A DNA stretch of 64,000 bases, taken from NCBI GenBank assembly GCA_051294375.1, contig CM119267.1:3270593-3334592 (forward strand), written 5' to 3'. Position numbers and translations under genes: made by a program. The notes under the pieces are model-generated. The model did not search any database. It was not told the DNA's origin and saw only the letters and a program-made list of their open reading frames with translations. This DNA comes from Paraspadella gotoi. Its lineage: Eukaryota; Animalia; Chaetognatha. Of this stretch, positions 39,101-49,394 are shown one piece after another (position 1 is the stretch's first letter; each line of letters begins with the position of its first letter).

Positions 39101-42100
39101 AACGTTCAGGCAAGTCGATGGATAATGAAAGGATATTTTCAAGTGAACAGATGAACAGTGAAAAGATTCGGTGAAACAAATTATTTTTTTTTTTAAATTT
39201 TAAATTGATGAATTTTTAAAGACAGATTCGAATTCATCGAAAAATATAAATCTTTTTTAAAGCATGTTGTAATTGTTTTGTAATGTTTGTCTTTAAAAAT
39301 GAAGAAAACGTTTCCTTGACTTATTTTAGTTTGTCCCACGAAAGGAAAAACGTTGAAAACATCCGAATTTTTATCAACATGCTTCATATTTTTTTACTAG
39401 TTAGGAAAATAAATTTTAAAAATTTTTAAATTTGGGTGGGATTTATTGTTATTATTATACTATTTTGGTAGTGCTCCGCTCTGCAATCCAAGTCGCTAAA
39501 ACAAAGTCCTATGGCAACGGGAGGATAGCCTGTGATACCCGGGGCGCGGGGTATCTCACCAACTGGCGTAGGGGCTGCGGACCCTCAGTGACCGCCTCCT
39601 GTCACTGGCATGTTTATACCGACACCGTCACATTTAAGCCAGAACCGGGATACCCAGGGATTGAACCCGGGACGCACGGATGGAATGAGATGATTTAGCC
39701 TGCTCAGCCTTTGAGACGAGGCTGAGGACGGACAGCAGTGAGGCAGCTTTAAGTCTTGCTGCCACAGTCCCATATTATTGACTTACAGGGCATGACGATT
39801 ACCGTGTGGCCGTACGGACAAGTCCGAAGCGTACAGTGCGCGAACTATGTTTCGAGGCCGATCGAAGCTTGCAACGGAAACATCATTCTCGTCGATAAAG
39901 TACGAAACTACTTCTCGCTCTTTCATTCTTTCTCTTTTTCATTCAATTTTGTCCCTTTAGGTTCTCATCCCGCCTCAAGGCAAACTGGTCGACGTTTTGG
40001 CCAACCACAACCTGACCCAAATGGTGCGACTGCTGAAGGTCTCTGGGTTGGCGGATGAGGTTCAGGATGAAGGTCCTTTCACGATCTTCGCTCCCGACGA
40101 CGAGGCCTTTGGGTCGATGAGAGGCGGGCTCGAGGAGCTGGAGAAAGATCCGGAGATGCTCAAGAACTTTTTGCGAAACCACATAGCAAAAGGTAAGAAA
40201 CAGGAAGTCGGTTTTCTTTTTTATTTTAATCTATGAAATTGGTACAACCAATATAAAAATTATCCATTCATAATAAATAAGCTATCTTGCCCCTGACTTT
40301 GGACAGGCTTTGGTGGTTTAAGGCCTCCATCACTCTTACAAGATAATGACATAGCAGGTCCCTGCAAGCTTTCAATCAAGACTCTCTCACAGTCTTGTTT
40401 CTATCATGTAGTTCTTCCCCACCAACAAGTGAGCATCTGCTCTCCAAACGCGACATCTCCCGGAGAAAAAACGAAGAGGAAAACTCCTCTTCCCCGCCTT
40501 CTCTTCCCCTCCCGTACGCTACCTCAGTACGCCGACACGAGACAGAATCACTTCTTCTGTTCGCGCCTTTGCGCTCACAGTCTCCCGGCTTTTTTACGAA
40601 AATATTTTTTGATTATTTTTGTTGAAATAATTTTGCATATTTTTCGTTTCTCTTTTTTTGGAGTTCAGAATACAGATATTCTTCAACACGTGGCTTTTTT
40701 GAAGTTCTCTCTTCACGGCCGCCATCTTTTTCGTCTTCGTTGTGCGTGGCTTCGGAGGGAAGAGCCTTGACTCGGCCCTTTCGCTTGCCCCTCGACGCAC
40801 CCTGCGCGGCTGCGGAGGGAAGAGCCGCGACTCGGCCCTCTTGTTTGCCCTGGCGCTTAGTACGGCTGCAGGGGGGAAGAACCTTGTTTTCGGCCCCCTT
40901 GTTTGTCCAGTGCTCTCCGTTTTTTGGACTGAGGCGCGTGTTTTCAACTCGACTACCCTCATGTCTCTTCCGCCGCCGCCTTCGCCGCCGCCTCCACCGC
41001 CTCCACCATCAGCCATTCCGGGCTTTTCTGGTCAGGCCGGAGTCATGCCCCTTCAGATGGAGGCAGTTCTACTCAAAATTAGCAACGCTCTTTCTAGCGT
41101 TCGTCGCGAATTTAAGGAGTTTCGCCGCTCGTCTCGTTCCGAGTTGGAGAGTCTTCGGCGGTGAGTACTTCTTTCTTTTCGTTTTTGGTTTTTCGCCTTT
41201 TTTTGGCGTACATTCGGCGTACAGAGGGGTTTTCCTCCTGTGCCCCACCTAACTCGACTTTGTTTGTTTGTTTTTTGTCGGGCCTTCGCCTGGTCTTGTT
41301 ACAGGCTCACTTGTTGTGGGGAAGAACTACATGATAGAATTTTTGGTTCCTTATGGAACCGGGATTCTTCATGGTTCTTCCCCACCAACAACAACCCACC
41401 GTCCACCCCTGGCACCACCGGTGGTGGAGGGCGGCTCAGGCTCGCTTGTCTTGTTTGGTGGGTGTTTTTTGGGGTTCCTTTTTTGAGACTGTCATTTTTC
41501 AATGATTTCTTTTTTTTCCATGTACGTTTTCTTCATGGTTCTTGGACGCCTCTGTTCGCCATTTCGCCGTTCTTCGTCGATCTTCGTTTGTTCGCCAGCG
41601 ACTTGGAGTCTTCGCGTTCTTTGGCGGCCTCTTCGGCGGCGGATCGGCCTTCGCGCTCCGAGCGGGTGACTGAGTCACGCCTTCCTCGTCGAGCCCCGTC
41701 TGCGCAAGTCGACGACGACGCCTCCGTTTCCGGATCAGAGGAGGTTCCTCCTCTGAAGAGTCTGCTGCGGGTTTTGACAACTTCTTGTCTCGTGCTTCTA
41801 TACAGCCTTCGGAGTGGTGTCCTGCAGCAGTGGAAGGATTTGCGCAGAGTTGGCCAGACGACGTTTCTTTTACCGTCGTGGGACGTGCTTTCCGCCAATA
41901 CGCGTTTCTGGCGCTGGTCGGATGTTTCTTCGCCGGCGGAGTTTCGTCCTCCTGCTCAGAGTTGCCTTGCCGCTCAGTTCGACGCCGTTCGGAAGGACTC
42001 CAAGACGACGCGCGCTTTCAAGGCTTTTGAGCGCATCATGAGGGACGCCGGAGCGTCCGCTCATGCTGTCCTTTCTGTCGCTGACGCTCTCAGCCTCATG

Positions 42101-43518
42101 GTTGAGGCCCTACGCTCGGAGGGGCCGGTGCAGTGGACGCAGGCCACCTTGACGATCTTGCCAAGCCCCTTGGAGACGCCTCGTCGGGTTTGGCGGCGAT
42201 TTTTGGTTCGGCCCTCTCCGAGTCTCGGGCTTAGTTGTCGACGCTGCCCCTTCGGATCTCAAGACAGTTCTGTCCAGTTCTCCGCCCACCAGTCGTTCTT
42301 TTTCGGAGACCGCTCCACAGACGTCACTCAAGGTTCCATTCTTCGCTTCTCCGCTCCGGGGCGCCACACAATTGCGCCTGTTCTGCTAGCCGCAAGCGTG
42401 GGCGTGGCAGTCCGCGTAGTCCCGCTCGCCGTCCCTACCGGCCTCGCAAGTCTTCGCCGCCTCCCAAGCGTAGGGGCGGGGCTCCAGGGACGTCTAAGGA
42501 CGCCGACTGATCGCCCGACAGCTCTTTCGGCCGTTGCCTCGTCCGGCCGTCAGGTTCTCCAGGCCCGGCTTTCGTCCATGGACTGGTTTTTGCGGTTTCT
42601 CATCCCCCTTCTACGACGTCCGGTCAAGTGGGCGTGGCACGTCACCGGAAGTCTTCGCGGGATTCCCCCCTCTTGGTTTGCTTGGCTACGAGTGATTCTG
42701 TCTCGTGTTGGCGTACTGAGGTAGCGTACGGGAGGGGAAGAGAAGGCGGGGAAGAGTTTTCCTCTTCGTTTTTCTCTCGGGAGATGTCGCGTTTGGAGAG
42801 CAGATGCTCACTTGTTGGTGGGGAAGAACCATGAAGAATCCCGGTTCCATAAGGAACCAAAAATTCTTCACTCCTGGCTTCCCTATCAATGAAGTGGATG
42901 TTATTACCATGTATCATTTACGAGCAACTGATTAGAGTGCATTTTTAAAAAATATTTTCAGAATATCTTCATCTTCTAATCTTGATTCTTTGCTTCAAAG
43001 GAGTGACGTGCTGTTCAATGATTCGCGTGGGAAGTCAAGTCGGTCGATTTACGCTTCGCCTGCCATCCTTAGCTGCCGACGGTAAGACAGTTTCGTTAGA
43101 AACTGGAGAAAATTTTATGTATTTCAAAATTCAAAGTCAAAATGTTTCATTTAAATAAAAAGGCCTTATAGAGAATAGTTTGCGCCTCCACTATTTTCAC
43201 GGCCTGCACAACTTCGTGAACCACGCTCAAATCCTCGAATGCGACAAAATGGCGCAAAATGGAGTCATCCACGTTATTAACGACGTTCTCAAGCCGAGGG
43301 TAAGTCATGACGGTGATAGCCGGATGGTTTTATTTCAATTATTAGATTCTCAATAAATAAAAGCGGAAATTTCTCAGGAGATGAGGAGACGAAACGGTCA
43401 CCCGATGGACTCGTTCTTGCGACGACTCTTGGACGAATTCGCCGGGAACACGAACCACAACCGTGGCGTCTGGCCTCGAGGATTTGGAAACAGAAAAGAA
43501 GTTTTCGGAATTCCTTGA
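33150..43518 (+). CDS. Periostin/TGFBI/midline-fasciclin-like secreted protein (signal peptide, EMI-like domain, four FAS1 domains), ~20 exons
   Basis: MRGLIPWALALALATI signal; WWEG-PNVC and HECCQGY (EMI). Four FAS1 H1 motifs (TVFAPTDAA, TLFAPTDAAF, TIFVPTDEAF, TIFAPDDEAF) and four H2 motifs (ATNGIIHVIDRV, ATNGIVHVIDGAL, ACNGNIILVDKVL, AQNGVIHVINDVL). Last exon 43378-43518 ends FGIP-TGA. Confidence 0.9.
36693..36921 (+). mobile_element. tRNA-headed SINE family B, copy 1
   Basis: A-box-like tagcttggttaa, B box GGTTCAATCCC (36773-36783), body ttaagtgtga.tgtgtcgg.ataaacacg...ggtcactgcag, 3' ctcccgttgccat; shared with two other copies. Confidence 0.75.
39511..39710 (-). mobile_element. tRNA-headed SINE family B, copy 2
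   Basis: Reverse strand reads ggctgagcagg...ccgggttcaatccc...ttaaatgtgacggtgtcggtataaacatg...ctcccgttgccat. Confidence 0.75.
40961..42510 (+). CDS. DIRS gag-like ORF (exon 1 40961-41160, exon 2 from 41599; 3' part frameshifted)
   Basis: MSLPPPP...VRREFKEFRRSSRSELESLR|R|DLESSRSLAASS... joined in frame over a GTGAGT...TTCGCCAG intron; helical mid region; FFFGD motif; Arg/Pro-rich C-terminus (RKRGRGSPRSPARRPYRPRK...KDAD stop 42510) in another frame. Confidence 0.55.
41305..41391 (+). other. DIRS internal complementary region (ICR)
   Basis: 41305-41339 = reverse complement of 40399-40434 (one G missing); 41338-41391 = reverse complement of 42812-42865. Confidence 0.92.
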
Positions 43519-43906
43519 TTTTCAAAATCTTCCTTGTTGTTAGATAATATTTTTGTGAAATCTCTGGCGTTGACGAAAACGATTTGTATAATTTTACCTT
43601 TTTTGCATGTTTGATAACTAAAATTGAATCAATTTCGCCCTTTTTTTTCGCTGCCTCCGGAAGCGACCAACTTATTATAATTAATCATAGCGAAAAAAAC
43701 TACTTATCAGTATTAATAATATATATTAATTATTATTTATATTAATATTATTATATTTACATACAAGAAACGGCTACGAAATTCAAAAGCCTTTGTCTAG
43801 ATCAATCTAGCTAGCAAATTATCTATCAAACTTAGTCCCATTGAGTAAACAAACACTACCGAAAATCTCGCCTATATTTCAGTCAAGAAATTAATTTATA
43901 TCTGGC

Positions 43907-45756
43907 CTATTTATGATGTCTGCTCTCATCACAGCCTCGCAACCGGGCGATTTTGTGAGCCCAGGGTAGAAGACTCGAGATCAGTCGCTCCCGGGCCATC
44001 GCCGCAGGGTGGGTGGATCTCCAATTGGGAATCATCGTGTCGAAGTTAAGCGTGATCCAGTGTCGAGGAATCTAAAGGCGATGGAGGTTACTGTTAAGTG
44101 CGATGTCTTTTGTCAACTTTCTCGACCAATCGACCAATGGCCTTCATTGCCTCTATCTCAAAGAGTTTCCAGAATCGACCCACCGCGTCCACGTCGAAGC
44201 AGGCGTTGGCGGCCAACTTGAGACCCACCACGTCAGCTTCGAGCTCCAATTTGCGGCGATAAGGCAGCACCCAGAAGACGTTTGAGAAGACGGCCGATAA
44301 ATAGCAAGTGACTCCGATTATTCCGAGGTAACGGGACGCTTGCACGAACCGACCCCACATGTTAATCGGCGAGCGGGCCATCGTCGCAGCTCCCGCCGTC
44401 CAACCGACCAAGAATCCTTTCAAAGGGAGACGGAATAAACGGTGACACACAGTAAGTGCTTAGTTCGACTTTGTCGATAATTCATCGTGGGAAATTACGA
44501 AAGTTTAGATATGAATATAAAATTAAAAGAATGAGCTGAAGATTGGCCGGCATTGAAGTTCAAACAAAAAAATTTTAAAAAAGGCCCGCCAACGCTTGCG
44601 TCGTAATTTGTGACGTTATATCAGAGACAGATTACTGAAGTCTCGAAGATGACAAATTATTAATACTCAAACCGGTGGTGAATAGCGCGGCTTCCTGTAC
44701 GAATTCCATGAAGCAAAAGTCTTTGGCATGTTCGCAGATCACGTGACTGAGTTCGTGGCCCAATACGTAGGCCAATTGGGCGTCGTCGTCCACGAGACCA
44801 AGATAAAACTCCGTCATCCAGATATTTCTCTTGTCCGGGTTGACGAAGCAAAGCAGTGCCGCCACGGATCGATCGATCACCTTTAATCGTTTATAACACT
44901 TAATTTCCCATACGATTTGTCTCCTAAATTTATATTAATGTATTGTATGACAGATGTAGAGTTTTAAGAAAATTATTTTTCCTCTATAACAGTTGGGTAA
45001 TATTAGCTAAGATTTTTATCTACGTATTAAACGGTTAGAACAGACCTTAAGATTCCACTGGTAGGTAAAATTTTCGTTGTCGATATTGCCTTTCTTAAGC
45101 CTTTGAAAAATTCCAGACACCCAGGAAGACTTTCCGGAAAATTTAAAAAAAAATATTGAAAGCATCATTCTCCAAAAAAAAGCTCTTGACCGTCCAGCTT
45201 ACCGTTTGGTGCGTTTGCGGCAAAACTCTGTCTTGCAAAAATATCTCGAACATGGGATCCATCGATGCCACCTTATCGATGTTGGCCCATGGCCATTTGG
45301 TCTCGATTCTGACCCTGCCAGACTCTGGCGTCGACCGCAGATGATTGGCTAAAAAGGCACCAGTGGCAACGGCGACGACGCCAGCGCCTCGACGCGCGTG
45401 ACGCAACGCCCTCCGCTGTTCCTCCGGCGTCAAAGCGCCCTTAAAGGCTAACTTTGCTGCCGTGCCTAATCCGATTCCGCTCAGAGGCCAGAAGAAGTTC
45501 GCCGGCGACCCGTGAAGGGGCACCATTTCTAGGGCCTGGCCGAAAAAGCAGCCGCATGATGACAACCCCGTCGAGGACATTAAGCGAGACGGGATATCAT
45601 TTTCCGAATCCTACGGAGAAACGAGAAGGAAGAGGCGTCGAAGCGCAAAAGAAAAGGCAGTTTTGACGAGGAATCTAGACAAGGACTCACCGTTTCTATG
45701 CTATCAATCTCCTTTTTCTTGATCGCAAACAGTCTTTTCACCGTCAGCTTTAACAT
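43907..45756 (-). CDS. OMA1: OMA1-like mitochondrial M48 metalloendopeptidase (multi-exon)
   Basis: MLKLTVKRLFA start, intron ~45611-45690 in phase; QLAYVLGHELSHVICEH (HExxH); LPYRRKLELEADVVGLKLAANACFD; WRSTHPA; stop at 43907. Confidence 0.8.
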
Positions 45757-46266
45757 AATTTCTCATTTTGAATAAATTTTTTTTTTAAACTAAAATCTAA
45801 TCTGTAAGCCTAATTAATAACTGTCCTGTCTAACAAGATCGAGTAAACAATAAAATAGTCCCTGTCAATTTTTTTATTTAAATTGTAAATTATTAAACTA
45901 ATGACATTTTAATAAATGCGCGCAAAAAAATTTAATACCGCTCTTGAAAACATGAGTAACTAAGGTAAAAAAGCGTTAGTAGAGCTATTAAAAATATTCG
46001 CAAAAGCGATAACAGCATGAAGTTTAGGTATATAGTTCAGGCAAACCCGTAAATATGTATAGATATGTAAATTTAGTAACAAGGAATGAGTATTCGTAAG
46101 GAATTATTTTAACCAATAAACTAATTTAGTAAAAAATATTCAAATACAGTGATGGTACGCAAAAAATACTGAAAAAGACTAGTGTATTAAATGAATGCAT
46201 GTATAATAATCCAAAAAAATAAGTATAAAAAAGAAAATTTTAAAAAGCTTCGCTCTATTTATTTCC

Positions 46267-48727
46267 TCAGGCATCGTGTTTCGAACGGTGCGTTGTCAGA
46301 GCTTTCCTCATGACCTCGAGGGCGAAATCCACATCTTCCTCGGTGATGCACATGGGCGGCTTTATTCGGAAAACGTTGCCGTAGTAACCTCCTTTCCCGA
46401 GAAGAAGGCCCATGTCGCGACAATCTTCCCAAATTTCCATTACCTGACACGGATTGATAAGTACAAACAAAAATTTAAATTTGGCGCTGAAGAAGGCTTG
46501 AATAAAAGCCGAAACATGTACGTTTTGAAATAAAAACAAATCGTTGTAGCAAACAAATCAAACTTTCTCTTAAATTTAGGGAAAAAAGTGATCAAAACCG
46601 ACCTGGTCAGCGGGAAGAGCGCACTTGGTTTCCTTATTCTCGACAAGCTCCACCCCGACCATCAACCCTTTACCCCTCACATCTCCGACCGAAAGAAATT
46701 CGTCGCGCAACTCCGCCAGACCATTGAGGAGACGAGTTCCCGTCACGTGACTGATGATGATCACATCGTGGGGAAAATTAAAAAAAAAAAGCTTCGAATT
46801 CGGCAGAACGGGCAGTTGTTTACAGATTAAACTGGTCTTAACACAACAAAAATCTCAAACCTGTTCTGCTGAGTTCCTTCGTCCCGAATCACGTCCAACA
46901 CTGCGCTTCCAACCGTCGACGCGAGGGGATTTCCCCCGAAAGTGTTGAAGTGCAAGGCAGTCCCCATGACCGACGCCACTTCGGGGGTTGTGACCAGAGC
47001 AGCCAAAGGGAATCCGTTGCCTATCCCTTTGGCCATCGTTACGATGTCGGGTACGACGTCGTGACCTGGTGAGTGGAAGAGTCACGTGATTGTTTCAAAG
47101 GCCGAGAAGCGATGACAACTTTTTTTTCTTAAACCTTGAAATCCCCAGAAATGCGTGCCCGTTCGGCCGAATCCGGTCTGAACCTCGTCAGCGACGCAGA
47201 GGCCGCCCCTACGCCGGGCGGCAGCGAAGGCACGTTTGAGAAAGTTGTGGGGGAACTGAACGGTGCCGCCGACGCCTTGGATCGACTCTGCGAAGAAGGC
47301 GGCGATGCCCTTGACGGAGCAGGAGTGTCGGAGTGCGTCCTCCACCTGATCGACGTAATTATCGCCCGCGGCACAGACTGTCCGGAGAAGGTTGTTTTTC
47401 TTCGGTTGAACGCTACATGACGCGGTTCAGTCTTTCGCTCACTGGTTAGTAATCATTCGCGGGAAAAGGAGGGAAGATGAAAAAGAAAAGCGCGAGTGAG
47501 GAAAAAAAATGAAAAAAAAAGAACAAGAAAATGGAAAATAGAAAGTACAAAAACAGAAAGAAGTGAAGAAACAAATGGTTGGGGTGAAAAGAAAAAAGAT
47601 ATAGGAGTTAGCTTGGTGAAACTCAGCTCGTCCCATTGGCTCTCGGTCACCGCGGGTTAAGTGTGATGGTGTCGGCATAAACACGCCAGTGACTTGGGGT
47701 GGTCTGTGGTCACTGCAGGTCCAGAGCCCTGAGGTCAGCTGTCGGGAGATGCCTCACACCCCGGGCATCACACGTCTCCCCATTGCCATTTCATTTAGGA
47801 ATTATTGTTAAGTCATGCACAAGTGTTAGTAACTTGCATTCAACAGATTTATGATTTTCCTTTGCAAGAGATTCGCTTCCTACCTCCCGGCGCACAATCA
47901 CAAGTCCTCTCCGTCTGCACTGGCGAATCCCGACAACGCGCGCCGCCCCAAGGACCGCGATACGGATCCGGATTCATCGAGTGCACCACGCCCATATTGG
48001 CGGGAACGTTGAAGCGATAAGTGGAATGAGCGGTAAGGCCCATCGTGTACGGGCTCATCCCGTGGTAGGCATTTCGCAAAGAGAGGACGTCGTAGTTTCC
48101 GGTGTAAAGTCTCGACATCATGATCGCCAGGTCGTTGGCTTCTGACCCAGAGTTGACAAAGTAGCAGACCTTAAGAGGCTCGGGCAAAGTGGCAGTCAGC
48201 TTGGCCGCGAATTCGTGGATCTGGGGATAAAGGTAGATGGCGGTGGTGTGCCACAGCTTGTCGATCTGGCGGCGCAAGGCGTCGTTGACTCGGGGATGGC
48301 AATGACCCACGCTAACGGTGACAATGCCGCCAAAGAAATCCAAGTAACGCCGGCCGGACGTGTCCCATAGCCATTGCATGTGACCACGATGAACGTGCAA
48401 TGGACGAGAGTAGTAATGCTTCAGACTGGGACCCAAATTAGCACGACGAATGTCGGCGACGGCAGAGTCGATCAGTCCTTAAGGAAGTGGGGGCAAGATC
48501 CATTCAAAACCAAGCCAAGAGTGAGAGAAGTGCAATCGTAGAATACCATTAAATTCTTCGACCGGAACACCGCACGGCGGCATCTCGGGTGCCACAATTT
48601 CCACAGGAGCGTGTTTTTGGCGAATCGCCGACGTCGCGACACCAAAACATCGGGTGGGAAAGGAAATGCCTGGAGTTGGCAGTCCTAGGATTCCCCCGCC
48701 GACGCGGAGAAACGTAGGGAGCGTCAT
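46267..48727 (-). CDS. AGXT2: Alanine--glyoxylate aminotransferase 2, mitochondrial (class III PLP aminotransferase)
   Basis: [96 protein letters not shown]. Confidence 0.95.
47606..47790 (+). mobile_element. SINE family B, copy 3 (B-box segment deleted), in AGXT2 intron
   Basis: tagcttggtgaaactcagctcgtcccattggct...ttaagtgtgatggtgtcggcataaacacg...cacgtctcccattgccat. Confidence 0.75.
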
Positions 48728-48994
48728 GGATTTTTAATTTTCAACGTTACAATTGTTACACGTAATAAAATTGTTCGAAGCGATAGTCCTAAGGGATTTT
48801 TATTACGAACCAAAAAAAAAAAATGAGAACAGAAACTGACACGTGCGATAAGAGATTTACAATTGAGTAAAAATTACAGGAATGGATTTGTTGGCATTCG
48901 GATTAACGAGCGATGAAAGTCTTCGTCGGACGAGAGCCGCACTTCGAATCAAAGTTCGAACAAAAATACAATCAAGCGAGAAAAAAGAAAAGTA

Positions 48995-49358
48995 TTACAT
49001 TCTTCCCCCATAAGGTCCCATCCGTCCTTGGCCGAACCCTCCCCTCATCGGTCCCCCGCCGTGATTTTGTCCATAATTTTGTCCGAAGCCTCCGCCCATA
49101 CCGCCATAACCGCCGCCCATTCCTCCCATGCCACCTCCGTAGCCTCCTCCCATGCCACCTCCGTAACCGCCACCAAAACCACCTCCGCCACCGAACCGGC
49201 CGCCACCGCCTCCCATGCCGCCGAAGCCTCCGCCCATGCCGCCGCCGCCCATGCCTCCATAACCGCCGCCCATTCCGCCAAAGCCGCCTCCGAACCCGCC
49301 GTCCATGCCTCGCATGCCGCCTCCGCTGTAACCTCCGCCAAAACCACCGCCGCCAAAC

Positions 49359-49394
<36 letters not shown>

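Larger units (their letters stand above)
40398..42865 (+). mobile_element. Non-autonomous DIRS1-type (tyrosine-recombinase class) retrotransposon in a fasciclin intron
   Basis: Left ITR 40411-40552 and right ITR 42691-42829 (~140 bp, inverted); 36-bp right extension 42830-42865; ICR 41305-41391 complementary to both termini; TTT start, ATT end, no TSD. Gag-like ORF present but no recognisable RT/RNase H/YR. Confidence 0.9.

Noticed and set aside
42570-42695. C-terminus of a DIRS tyrosine recombinase before the right ITR
   Set aside because: Only a weak FYDVR resemblance; not supportable without an HMM search.
41240-42724. 494-aa ORF as a single protein
   Set aside because: Non-ATG start; the first ~120 codons cross the ICR/putative intron and the end runs into the right ITR. 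Only the middle part looks gag-like.
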